Positions 11,011-22,805 of a stretch of 64,000 nt of DNA are shown piece after piece (the first letter of the stretch is position 1; each line of letters opens with the position of its first letter). The notes under the pieces are model-generated. The model ran no database searches. It had not been told where the DNA came from and saw nothing but the letters and a program-made list of their open reading frames with translations. The stretch spans positions 2,026,550 to 2,090,549 of the forward strand of contig JAUPSS010000004.1 of assembly GCA_040285825.1 (NCBI GenBank), read 5' to 3'. The position numbers were made by a program, and so were the translations under genes. This DNA comes from Eukaryota sp. TZLM1-RC (lineage: Eukaryota > Protista > Metamonada: BaSk clade).

Positions 11011-11520
11011 TTAAGACCTATTTGCATTCAATAGCCTCCTTATTTCAGCATCCCTACAGGCCAACTCACTCCGAAGCCTTGATATCTCTTCATCAGCTAA
11101 AGCAAGTTCCCTATCCTTTTGTTGACAAGAATGACAGATTGATGGTACTGGGAATGTTTCGCAGATGTCCTCAGAATAGGTTGTATTGAGTGTACGTAAA
11201 GCAAGACTAGAGAGACGGGTACTAGTTGGTGTTGATGGCAGAATAGAAGATGTGGAAGAACTTAATGGGCGAGGACTGGGAGGAGGAGTTTCAGCCACAG
11301 TGGTAGCTTTTTTCAATTCCAACTTTAAGTGGTCCACTTCATCAGCAAGTTTAGCAATGATTGCTTGTTGTTCAGCAATAATTAATGACGATTTGTCCAT
11401 CGCTGGATCTTCTGAATAAACTGAGCTGTTTAAAGTGAAGGCAGTGTGAGGCCCAGGTGACATTGTACGTTGTGTAAAGCGGAGTGTAGCACGTAAGGAA
11501 TCACAACTCGGACAGGACAT
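11011..11520 (-). CDS. Hypothetical coiled-coil protein with two CxxC motifs
   Basis: MSCPSCDSLR... and CHSCQQKDRELALADEEISRLRSEL; ATG at 11520. Confidence 0.55.
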   Translation of the reverse strand: MSCPSCDSLRATLRFTQRTMSPGPHTAFTLNSSVYSEDPAMDKSSLIIAEQQAIIAKLADEVDHLKLELKKATTVAETPPPSPRPLSSSTSSILPSTPTSTRLSSLALRTLNTTYSEDICETFPVPSICHSCQQKDRELALADEEISRLRSELACRDAEIRRLLNANRS

Positions 11521-11849
11521 TATGATAAAAAAGTATCGATCCTGATGAAGTATTAAAAGGAGTTGTGGGGTTTGGAGAGAGGTCCTCAACGTAAGTTGGG
11601 GTTGTGTTTACAAGTTTCAATTTTTTAACAATTGGTATGTTTTTAACAACTGTTTTCCGTCATTTTCTTCATAATAATTCTGTGTTAAAAAGATGGTGTA
11701 GAAACAAGGCTAAGGATTCTATGAAGAAAAAACACTTTTTTAGAATATATTCTAAAGAAGTCTAAAAATCAATATCTTCAAAACAAATTTCCACATCATC
11801 AAACCGTACCACGACAATGTTTTCGTAATGTGCAAGACATGTGAAAGAC

Positions 11850-13210
11850 ATCAGAGCGTTCGAAATCATTTTTAGTAAATGTTTCAAAATAGTAAAAACA
11901 ATACCACTTAACCGCAAACGGCGATCAAAACGCTTCTTTTTACCTGATTTTCGATATCATCAATAAAATTTATGACAGTTTTTCCAAGACGTCCATTCAA
12001 AGACATAGCAAATGGGCAATGTGGTGATCCACATGGCGAACATATTTCAATGCTTTCAAAGGTTTTGCATATTTCTTTTGTTTGAACAATCCTGAATCAT
12101 CAAGATGAAAACAATTGGGATTGTGCATTTTTCAAGGCATTTTTCTTGCAAACATCCACTGTTACAACATCAACAACATTCAAGACATCATCAAATGAGG
12201 GCACAACTACATCAGCACGTCGTTTTCAATGTTTTGAATCTCTCAAATTTTCATTTATATCAGGAGACCTCAACAACGGTTCTACAAATGATTCATTATG
12301 ATAGGAATCACACATTGCGTGCAAAGTGGAACGATAAGAAATAAAACTGCAAATAAATAAATGTGATAATGTCAACCAGCACCACATTTGCAAGACAGAT
12401 CATTGGGTAAATTAAAAGGCCATAAATAGCAGCGCATTCTCATAGCAGTTGTCAATTGATCGTCATTTAAAAACAGACCATCAATCTGGGAATTTGGTTT
12501 AGCAAAACTACAGATAAACTTTCCTTTAAACCAATCAAAAAATTTGCAAAAGCAGGAGTTTTTTACTTAGCCGTGCTAATAAGAACAATAAAATCCTTAC
12601 TTTCAAAAATTTTTCAAAAGATATTTTTGAAGTTTTTTCAGAGCAAATTTCAATGAACACAAATGCTTTCTGGAATGTCTTGAATAGCTTTAGGGAACAT
12701 GTTTGCCATAACTCAGGAGATAAACATGCTATTTGGTCCCTTAAATTGTCCAAGAATAGAACTATTTGTTGTTTCAAGAAGATTTTCAGAAAAATGATAT
12801 CTTCCAGAAAATTCAAAAACAAATTTTCTCCACCACCTATAAATGCAGCTTTGCTCAAACACTTTGATGAATTGAAACCCACACCACCAATTTGAACATC
12901 AGAATATATGTGATTCTTCAAAATTGATCGATCAACTGACATTACAAATGCCAAAAATTCTGTACGAATTTTGTTAAATTGTTTACAAAAATTGTAAGTT
13001 AATGATGGAGGTAACCATCGAAGCAAATGGGTATTTTTCCAAAACAACATATTTTCCAAAAAAACCACTTAAGACGAATTTCCAATTCAAGAATCTTAAT
13101 GACTTCAAGCTCTTTCTTAATTGAATCCAAATAGTTCTTAAGGCTATCAGGTGTTTTTTCAGGAGAACTTAGGTAACAACCAAGAAAGCAGAAACTAGGT
13201 GAAGTATAAT
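11850..13210 (-). mobile_element. 5'-truncated, frameshifted CRE-like RLE-type non-LTR retrotransposon relic
   Basis: Manual translation gives, in order: FCFLGCYL (RT end), HLLRWLPP, GGVGF...AAFIGG, CKCG zinc knuckle, RADVVVP..DDVLNVVDV (RLE motif), PFAMSLNGRLG. Confidence 0.7.
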
Positions 13211-13379
13211 CAATTAATCAAATAACAATCGGTGTAAGTCACACCTATTTTATTGTTATAGACAATATTTGTCAAAATGGACACCTTTCTGAAAGTAATA
13301 ACATTTCTATCAGTGCTACCAGTGCTCTCAGAAAAGGAGTCTGCGATAGAGTTTCTAGACCATCTCATTCCTTCACGTA

Positions 13380-14143
13380 CATTCTACCTATCGATGATAT
13401 CAGCATTAATCCTTCTCATTTTCTAAATAAGACCTTTGCTGCTGCTATTATAGGTAAATCTCATCTACTCTATTTTACTGCCAAAATAGCTACCGGAATG
13501 ACTCACTCAAAACAACCCGAGAGTGATAAAAATGTTCATTTCAGGTACACTCAAAATCAACGAAGATTTGAGTCGAAAAGTTCCAAATTCAAAAGAATAA
13601 ACGACAGCATACGGAATGACAGTCTTATCACAATAAGTAACTCTACTGGTAGAGTGATTGATCTATCCAATTTTCAACCTTCTGAAGAGCAACAACAAAG
13701 GATGGATTTAGACAGCAGTATAATTAATCAAATGACTGAAAGAACAATAAGTTTATTAAGAGGTGAAGTACTTAATGAAATCAATATTCCCCACGAACTT
13801 GATTATTCAAAACTCAAATTACTTACGAAAAACTAAATCTGTAGCAGAATGTTATCCCAATTCAATTCCAAAAGCTGCAAGTTTGACACATTTATTGCAT
13901 ATATTAAACAAAAGAATTTTGTGAATAGAGTTGTTTGTGAAGTTTATCATCAAAAAATATTTAGGAAACTGAGATGGTGGGCTGAGATTAATCGCACAAG
14001 ATCTGACGCAAAGATGATTCAGAGATTCAAATCAGTAATTGGTGATCCCAGCCAAGTAGTTATCGGAATAGGAGACTGGGAACAACAACAACAACACATG
14101 AAATTCAAAGAACTTATCAAAGGAAAAAGGTTTGAAAATTCTA
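13380..14143 (+). pseudogene. Fanzor1 (TnpB-like) family A, 5' part; interrupted by Gypsy-1
   Basis: Degenerate RuvC-I (AAAIIGKSHLLY), FRYTQNQRRFE, LSQFNSKSC..F.AYI..KN, FRKLRW..EIN, VVIGIGDWEQ..HMKFKE..KGK. Confidence 0.8.
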
Positions 14144-14279
14144 TGATGCCGTCTGTGTCATATGATAACAAAGAGTAAGGATAATTTATTAGAATTTCCC
14201 CGGCCCTTATAAAGGCCATCACTAGTGAACTATACTATATAAATACAAATGTACTAGACTAATTGTCCACAGTACAACA
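14144..14279 (-). repeat. Gypsy-1 3' LTR
   Basis: 135/136 identical to 20965-21100; adjacent to the PPT. Confidence 0.95.
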
Positions 14280-14297
14280 CTACCTTTTCCCTCTTTT
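14280..14297 (-). promoter_or_regulatory. Polypurine tract of Gypsy-1
   Basis: AAAAGAGGGAAAAGGTAG immediately before the 3' LTR; also encodes the pol tail KRGKR*. Confidence 0.85.
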
Positions 14298-17200
14298 AGA
14301 TCTCGAACGAGAGCTACGAGAACTGACTGCGGGGGAATTAGTCTTAGATTTGGAATTAGAAGATGCCTTCCGTTTCCTGGTAGAGTGAGGACTAATAGAG
14401 CGCAAATATGTTTGATATGCCTCAGTGCTTTTGACGTCAGCAACTGGGACAGACGAAGTCTCGCCGCCATACCAAACTGCGGTACAATAAGGAACTTTAT
14501 TGTTGTTCGAATCTACGTAATCAAAATGATCTATAATTTTAATGATTACAGATTCTTCCATATCGCCAGCAGCAATATTCTTTTGCCAATCAAGATCTTC
14601 TTTAGGGAAGTCTGAAAGGTATAGTTTACAATGATTTATACTTGCCGTAGACATCGAACCAGTGACGAGATTCTTGAGTAATAAACTTTTATTGGATTTA
14701 ACTTCTTCAACGAGAAAAGGGCCAGCGAAGCAACCAGGGAGTTTACCATTAGTCTTTAATCGCAAAACTAAGTCACCTTTATTAAAAGGGTTCCTATGTT
14801 TGTTAACTTCAGGCAGTTGTTGAGCTTGCCTGAGCTCTGCCTCTTCTCTCTTCTTTGAAATCCTTTCAAGTTTTGCTTCAAGATCTTTAACAAAGGGAAT
14901 ATTAACGTTAGCTGATTTTATTAGTTCAAACATATTACTAGGATCAGCTCTAGGGCTGTGGTCGCTACCAAACATTAAATTGTAGGGCGAATGACCAGTA
15001 ACTCTACTAATAGTTGAATTTATTTGAAGTTGTACAATTGGGATATATTCACTCCAATTGCTATAATCGCCAGAGTCCACCAAAATCTTTCTTAGACTTT
15101 GTAAAATGTCTCTGTGTCGTCTTTCTACTAAACCATTGCTTTGTGAAAAGCTAGTTAGTGAACGACTTACTTCAATGTTTAATAAATCGCATAACCCTTT
15201 GAATATGGCATTTGCAAATTCAATACCATTGTCACTATGAATCAACAGTGGGATACCAAAAATTGATACTACACTCCATAGGAGGTGATTGGTTGCCTTC
15301 ACTGCATTCAATTCCTTTACAGGGCAAATGATCGTATACCTGGTGAACGAATCTACAAAAACTATTAAATATTTGAATCCATTATCATCTTGTTGTAATG
15401 GTCCAATAGTGTCTGCGTTTAATCGTGCAAAAGGTCGATCAGCCCAAAGAGAGCCAGATGATTCAATGACAATTTTAGGCACATGTGCCGTCTTTTGACA
15501 TGCTGGGCATCTCTTAATATGGTTAATCATGTCTTTGCGCATGTCGGGCCAAAAGTAATCACTATTGAGTAATTTCTTTACGCTAGTCGTCACACTAGGA
15601 TGGCCAACATTTGCATGTCCATGAATGATAGTTAAAGTCTGCTTCTTTAAACTATCTGGGATGACAATCTTCCCACGATTGTTGGTATACAATTGAATAT
15701 CTGAATTATAATTGTAATCTTTATAATAATTAGGATTTGAATCAACATCTATAAGTTGTTCTTGCCTAATCTTTGAGATCCAAGTGTCAAATAAATCAAA
15801 TTTAGTATCCTCAACTGCTTCTTTCAGTGCAGATAAGCTATTGATCGTGGGTAGCTCAATTGTGGACGGTTGAATAATGTCATCCCTTAACAAATTAACT
15901 CCAGTCAATAAATTTAAATAGGGTAATTGTTCTTCAACTCTGTGAGGCGCCAAGTTTCTCACTTGTTGGACTCGAGGAGTTTTGGGTTTGGTGTCAACCA
16001 ATCTAGACAACATGTCTGCCCAATAATTCTCCTCGCCTGCAGTGTGGACTACGTCAAAATTGAATTCTGACAATACTGGTAGCCACCTCTTCACAATTCT
16101 GTTCTTTTCAGGAGCTGATATGAGGTATGCTAAATTTCTATGATCAGTGAAAATAGATAATTTCCTCGAAATTAAATTATTTTCTAAACTACTGTCAGTG
16201 AGAATTAGTAAAATTGCATACAACTCTTTCTGAAGTACAGACCAATTCTTTTGTGAAGTTGATAATAATCTGCTAAAGAAGGCAATAGGTACAACCTTTC
16301 TCTTAATTAGCGGTGTCGTAGGATCTTTAGGTGGGTTAGCTTCTTGCCATATTACTCCACCTACAGCCACATCGGACGCGTCAGCACTTATTAAAATATG
16401 CTTGTCTTCTGAGGGCAATTCAAGAGGGATATTTGCTTTGATAAGATTTATAATCTTACCAAAAGCCTCGTCATGATCAGGAGTCCACTTGATTTTTGAC
16501 GGTTTGTTTCTGCTTAATTTGTTGATTGGTTCTATCAAGTCAGACAAATTTGGCAACCAGTCACGTTTATAATTGATTGAACCTATAAAACTCCTAACTT
16601 CAGGTAATGTCCTGGGTTTGGGTAGGTTGATCAGTCCCTCGATCCTAGATTCATCTATATAACGGGTTTTGTTTACAAAAATACTACCTAGAATTTTTAT
16701 TTCATGTTTGCAAGTGGTAAAGCTACACTTAAGTAGGCCCAGGTTAACTCTAAAACGTTTGGCGCGTTCTAGGACCGTACCTACTCTGGATAGAAATTCA
16801 TCCAGGGTCGAAGCTACTATTATTATATCATCGATATAAATAAATACGCCCTCAGAATCAAATATTTCCATCATCTTGTTTTGGAAGACTGCAGGAACGT
16901 TCTTCAAACCAAAACAAGCTTTTTTAAAACTGATCGACATCCCGGGAATTGATACGGTAGTTTTATCAATATCCTCTTCTGCAATTTTGAGCTACCAAAA
17001 TGCCTTAGGTAAATCTAGAGTTGCTATATAATTAGCTTTACTTAGAAACTCTAAAATGTCGCTAATCTTGGGCAAATTTGCCTCTACAGGTTTAGTTAAA
17101 TCATTTACTCCACCAATACCACTAAAATCGCCAGTTAATCGTGGTTTCCTGTGATCAGGGTAAATCACAAGACAAATGGGACTACTGAATTGAGACTTTG

Positions 17201-18062
17201 CGGGCACAGCAAATTCATTACGGATCAATTCGTTAAAAATTTCTTCGGCTACCCGTTGTTATTCTGGGTTTAATCTTCGAGGTTTCCTTTTGACGACCTT
17301 ACTTTCGTCATAAAATGGAATGGTCATCGGCTGACAATCAATTCCATCCGGGTGAGGTAGCCCACTAAATACATTTCTATATTTTTCGAGTAGCACGACT
17401 AGGCGTTCCTCGTCCCTAATGTCATCCAGGCATATTCTACAGCCCAACTCATTTAACTCATGTCTAAATGTGGAATGCCCAAAATCATTACCTAAGTCTG
17501 ATTTATTACTCAATTGTTCTATGAATCTAATTGGTTGACAAATTCTATTATCGAACTCACATTCAGCATTTAAGATGGTGCGGTGTTCGCGATCCAAATT
17601 AATATTAAAACCGTGCTCCGTGCGTAGCCCCAAGGTTTGTAATAAGTCTCTTCCGATCAAAAAATTATTGGTACCAGAAATGATCTGGAATTCGATCCTT
17701 AAAAACACTTGAGTGGCCAAGCTACCCACATTTAGAGCAAGAACACTACTTGCACATCCTAGGGTCGTGGAGCGAATGCCATTTGCCGATAAGTATTCGA
17801 CAGTTTTATTGTCATTAACTGTCATATTACATTTAGAGGCTAAATCCATTGATAATGCTGAAAATGCAGCTCCATTATCAATTTCGCCTTGTAGTTCCAC
17901 GTTATTTATTGTGCAGGTTAACCAAAGTTCCCCGTTAGAACTTTCTAGGTCCTCTGCTACCCTGGATAGTCTAACACTGTGGATAGAACCCACAGGATTG
18001 GATGACTCTTTAAATCTTTTTAATGGATTTAGGTGATTATAATTCGAATCTGCTTTGCTCAT
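14280..18062 (-). pseudogene. Gypsy-1 pol: protease, RT, RNase H, integrase and chromodomain-like tail; two in-frame stops
   Basis: IDNGA (PR); LDLPKAFW, FGLKN, YIDDI (RT); DASD...TDH (RH); H..H...C..C, DTIG, SDNG.EF, GLVER (IN). Stops at 17259-61 and 16992-94 are in frame. Confidence 0.93.
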
Positions 18063-20982
18063 TTTATAAATGGGTTTGATTGAATTAATTTATTTGTAAG
18101 GTTTTTGTTAAAAGATGTATAATCATCTGATTTATTACTACTACTTTTACGTTTTTTATCACGTTTTTCACCTCCTTGACGCTTTTTTGAACCTGGTCTT
18201 CCCACTAATTTAAAACATTTCTCTTCAAGATGTTTATTGGTTTTGCATAAGTTACACCATTGCTCTGAAGGGATGGGTCGACTGCTTACTCTAGGGTTCT
18301 TAAAAGGACCTTTTGACTGGCTTCGTCCTTTTTGCGCAGGAGCGTGAGCACCAAAAGCTGTTCTTATCAAATTCATGTCTTTGATCGAGGATTCAAGGCT
18401 ATTGACCTTGTTAACAAATGCGTTACCTAAATCGTAAATCGCATCGCCCAGTTTCTCGTTACTTGAATCAAACTTACCAATCCAAATGATATATGTGTCC
18501 ATCAATTGATTGTTTGTTTTGTCGTTAATAGTTTCGAGAAATCTCTTTGCTGGGTAGACGACAGACGGATTACCATCCGTTCCAGGCATAATTGTAGAGC
18601 GTCGAATTATATATATGATCTGCTCCATGAAGGCTGTCCATGAAGATTCAGCAGTCATTTTGCGACTGATCTCAGGTGGTCTTACAGACCTTAAAGCCTT
18701 CTCAACATCGGTAGGGTATTTGTACTTGGTGCTGATTAGCAAATATTCCCAGATTTCGGCGTCAGATGGGTTGTTGCCTAACACGTTTGTTCGGCCTCCA
18801 TAAAAACTCTGCCATTCTGCGATCACCTTACCCTCGATCATAAATCTCAAATACAAAGGGTCCACTTCGAAGAACATAGATCTAACGAAGTCGTACTGAT
18901 GAACAGGTTGACCGTATTTGGTGATCGGCGTAAATGCTCTGGTGGGTCCATCGCGATCCCTAACTGTTTTGGCCCAATTGCCAAAGTTAAGAACGAAGTC
19001 GAAGATCTTCTTGGCGTCAAACGCTTCATTTAACTTAACTAGGCATCTCAGTTTGTCGTCTATTCTTTTCCTCAATTTCTCCTCGTCTGTTACAGGAGTT
19101 CTATAAAGACCGAGGGTGTCGACGAGAGAATCTCTAGGAACATTCATTCCTAGGGGTTGCGTGGGTATAGATGATTTTATAACAGATGCTTGTGTAGGAG
19201 TTGCTTCACAAGAAGCTCTCCTAGATGCCAGAGGCCCTACAGAAGGTGTACTAAATAGGTTCATATTCCTCTCTTCTGAAGGCAATGTTTCGCCCAACTT
19301 AATGATAAATCTTGTCTTAGGAGGTTCCTCCTGCACAGGTACGGTCTGGGCTGGTGGCCTTAAATCCACCCAATCTGGTGCATCTTTAGATCCTCTAGAA
19401 ACCCCTGCTAGTTTATGATCATATGGAAGGCAACTGCTCTTTATTAAGACATTCTCAAAAACATTTTGGTCGGGCCAGCTATCAACCCATGCCTTAAGTT
19501 TAGCCATCCATGCATCAGGATATACTAATTTTAACTTGTTTGGGCCAACACGCTGCTCTTTCAGTTCAATTACCCTTGTGCCTATTTCTCTAATGTAGGA
19601 CTCTTTGGTATGAAATTGAAGGGTGTCACCTCGAGATTCATCGAATTTGCCCCCAAGCATAATAAAAATGTTCGCAATGGAATCTTTTGGGTGTACGTTC
19701 TTTACCAGGAAATGCCTTACGACGCCTCTAAGGTTTCTACCTTGTTGATTATGAGGATACATTTTAGCTATCCAAAATAGTCTGTCGTTAGCTTCTTGAT
19801 TTCCACTGAAATATATTTTGTGGTCATCAATTGCATCCCTATGCCATTTGGCAGGCCTGGGAAAAGCAGTTTGATACTTTGAACGAGATGCGCTGAAATA
19901 GCAATCCTCGACTGCACTCATCCCACACGAGACTGCCGAATCGGTAAGATCATCCAATCTCTTTAAAAGATTTGGACTTTGATCATAACTCTCGTAGACG
20001 ACATCGTCAAGTGTTTTGCCGTGGGCTTCCCCAAAGAGGAAGGGCCAACGATTCGCTAAATAATCACGTCGGACCTTCTCACATTCGGCTGGGTCGACGT
20101 CTCCTGAAAGACGTTCTGCCTCATTCTCAGCCATTTTTAATAATTTGTCATCACTCCAATCCATTACATCATCAGGAGGATTGGCGATGAGGTCCAATAG
20201 GAAATCTCTAATTACAGCTTCAACTGCCTTTGCTAGTTTCCTTCAGTAAAGACCTTGAGAAGTCCTTTCCGTAGATGGAAAACTTGGAGTTGGATTAGAA
20301 GGATTGGGTGTATGAGGTGGTTCATCATCGCTCTCATCCCCTCTCCTGCTGTTGTTCAGATTATGAGATCCTCTGGAATCACTTTGAGGTTCCTCACTTG
20401 AGCTGATGTCAGAAGTAGGTGAGGATGGAGTTTTACGTGAGGAGCTAGTCGTAGACTGTTGCTCGCCTTCGCCTCCTTCACCTTCTGTACAAGCGTCAGA
20501 TTTGTTACAACAAACGCTTTGAATCTCCGTTGCTCGCTCGGAGTGAGAAAACTCTTCCTACAAGGAAGGAGCTCCGAGGAATTGTTGGGGTATGTGTACA
20601 GTTCTGTCACATCAGCAACGTGATAACCACTCTCCTTATTAGGGAGGTGACTTCCTTTCTGGGAGGTAGGGCTCTCCTCAGTGTGAAGTTCACTCTCCTT
20701 ATTGGGGAGGTGACTTTTTATCTGAGAGGCAAGGCTCTTCTCAGCGGAAAGCTCACTCTCCTTAGGAGGATTACTCTTCCCGAAGGAAGGATTACTCTCC
20801 GTAGATGGAGGATTACTCACCGTGGGTAGTGGTGGATTACTCTCCGTAGATGAAGGATTACTCACCGTGGGTGGTGGTGGATTGTTCTCCTTCAAAGAAG
20901 GGACATTACTCTTCCTCAGAGAGGAAGGAGGGTTATCATTGTGGCTTTTCAGGCCATTAATTAATGATGCCGTCTGTGTCAT
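18059..20982 (-). pseudogene. Gypsy-1 gag/ORF1 with P/S-rich repetitive N-terminus and CCHC knuckle
   Basis: CNLCKTNKHLEEKC knuckle. ORF 20356-20982 joins 18059-20197 through a frameshift and stop(s); 45-bp and 63-bp internal repeats. Confidence 0.8.
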
Positions 20983-21100
20983 ATGATAACAAAGAGTAAG
21001 GATAATTTATTAGAATTTCACCGGCCCTTATAAAGGCCATCACTAGTGAACTATACTATATAAATACAAATGTACTAGACTAATTGTCCACAGTACAACA
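20965..21100 (-). repeat. Gypsy-1 5' LTR
   Basis: TGTTG...CATCA on the minus strand; contains the ORF1 ATG at 20982. Confidence 0.95.
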
Positions 21101-21420
21101 TCTATTTAAAACGGCTGGTTATAAGGTCTTTTAAATTGATGAGTTTTGAACCAGTTGCTGTTGTTTCAAATGTAAGAAAGTGGAGAAAACAGTTGAAACA
21201 TTCCGATGGTGCAGAAATCCTAGGTAATGGAAGAGGCATGAGATGTCTATTCGTCACGGACTTACCATGTGTAAATCAAAAGACATCGAAATTCTTCGCT
21301 GAATATGTTGGCAGTGATGGAAGCACATGTAAATGATGGAGATAGACCGGAATACCTACAGAGAGCCAAGGTTGATGAATGTTCAAAGAAAATTGCATTA
21401 AGAAGAAAATCTTCCTAAAT
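21101..21420 (+). pseudogene. Fanzor1 family A, 3' part (RuvC-II, zinc finger, RuvC-III remnant)
   Basis: Resumes after the TSD: LFKTAGYKVF..IDEF*TSCCCFKC ... HGLTMCKS ... SSLNML ... RPEYLQR; has stops and frameshifts. Confidence 0.8.
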
Positions 21421-22023
21421 AGATAAATTTGTAATTATAACCGACCATAAAGACGTTACATTTAATATAAATCCTCTTCCTCTTCAAAAGAAAAACCCTA
21501 CAAAATATATATTTGCTAGGTTAATTTAAATTTAGGTTATTCAAGAAGGTTTCGGAATACAAAGGATAAGGGAGATTCAAACAAGGAAAAATTTGATAAA
21601 TTTCTTAAATTTTTTTAACCCAAACTTTTTTGATTTATTTCAATAAAATGCTATACGACAAAGTTAAAATTCTAAATCTTTATATCCCAAATCAGCCAAG
21701 AAGTATTGACTGGAAGTTTTTCCTTCATAAAAGCGTCCAAGAGATAGCAAAGATGAAGAAAATAAGGGAACAACACCTTTGAAAACTGAAAATTCAATTC
21801 TGTTTGGTCAACAACTCTTGTCAAAAACTCTCCGTTTACGTTGTTCTACAATTTCAACAAAACCACCCAAACAAAGATGAAGCAAGAGGTCCAAGCGGGT
21901 CATGAAGGGAAATTGCAAATGGACAGAGGACATAATGAGTATGCGATTCTGCATTCAAGGATAACAATTTTGCTTTATATGAAATAATACTTATTTCATT
22001 GCTATAGACATCATCTATAACTA

Positions 22024-22728
22024 ATGACACGAACTCCTTCAAAGCCTCTTCTTTTACTTGACTTCAACGGCACTCTTGTTCACCGTACCAAGAGGCGGCT
22101 GAGGGGTACTTCTCCTGCTAAAATCAACAAACACTACCTTTATCCTCGCCCCGGGCTTATGGATTTTTTACAAAATCTCTCACCGTTGTTCTCCATTTGT
22201 CTATATTCTAGTGCTCAATTTCGTACTATTGAACCCATACTAACAGAGCTGAATATCAACCAACACATCCAGAGAGTCTATGATCGTCGTTACAATGTGA
22301 GAGACGTTGAAGAAGGCGAGAAACCCTGGGATACGAAGAGGGATTTGAACAAGATCTTTGATGATACTCCTGAACATGACCTGAGTTCTGTTATTCTAGT
22401 AGACAATGAGCTTCGTAAGATGGCAGACTTTTCTGATAACGGAATACTGATAAGTGATTACGGAGATCAGGAGGTGTTTGATAAGAGTCCTGCTGCCCTT
22501 GTTCAGCTTACAGAATATTTGACTGGTTTGGGGGAAGCATGGGGAAATCAATCAATCAATGACGTGAGGCAGTTTCTTCTCAGTAAACCATTTGTAGAAA
22601 ATATTGCTAGACCTAAAATAACTCAAGAAGTTCCAAGTGTTGTTCTTCCAAAGAGAAATTCTTTTGGTCCCAGAAGGAAATTTAATAGAAACAGGGCAGA
22701 TAAAAAAAGAGCAAATGTAAGTAGATAA
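22024..22728 (+). CDS. NIF/FCP1-like HAD-superfamily phosphatase
   Basis: LLLDFNGTLV, RPGL.DFL, YSSA, KRDL.KI, VILVDN motifs. Confidence 0.85.
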   Translation: MTRTPSKPLLLLDFNGTLVHRTKRRLRGTSPAKINKHYLYPRPGLMDFLQNLSPLFSICLYSSAQFRTIEPILTELNINQHIQRVYDRRYNVRDVEEGEKPWDTKRDLNKIFDDTPEHDLSSVILVDNELRKMADFSDNGILISDYGDQEVFDKSPAALVQLTEYLTGLGEAWGNQSINDVRQFLLSKPFVENIARPKITQEVPSVVLPKRNSFGPRRKFNRNRADKKRANVSR

Positions 22729-22805
22729 TAAGTTACTAAAATTATTTATAAATATTTAAATAGAAATTTAATTTACTCAGACTATAACTAAAACTATAAA
22801 ACTAA

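Larger units (their letters stand above)
14144..21100 (-). mobile_element. Full-length Ty3/Gypsy LTR retrotransposon, family Gypsy-1 (chromovirus-like)
   Basis: 136-bp LTRs (TG..CA, 1 mismatch); TSD TCTA at 14140-14143 and 21101-21104; PPT; order gag-PR-RT-RH-IN. Confidence 0.97.

Noticed and set aside
16992-17261. In-frame TAA/TAG in retroelements and Fanzor B, suggesting a TAR=Gln genetic code
   Set aside because: Host genes (DRC2, NMD3, cyclophilin, CLPTM1) end at TAA/TAG at the expected C-termini and have no internal stops. One element stop (43601) replaces a Lys seen in the sister family. These are nonsense mutations.
20620-20890. Repeats resembling a CRISPR-like array
   Set aside because: In-frame coding repeats in gag with no unique spacers
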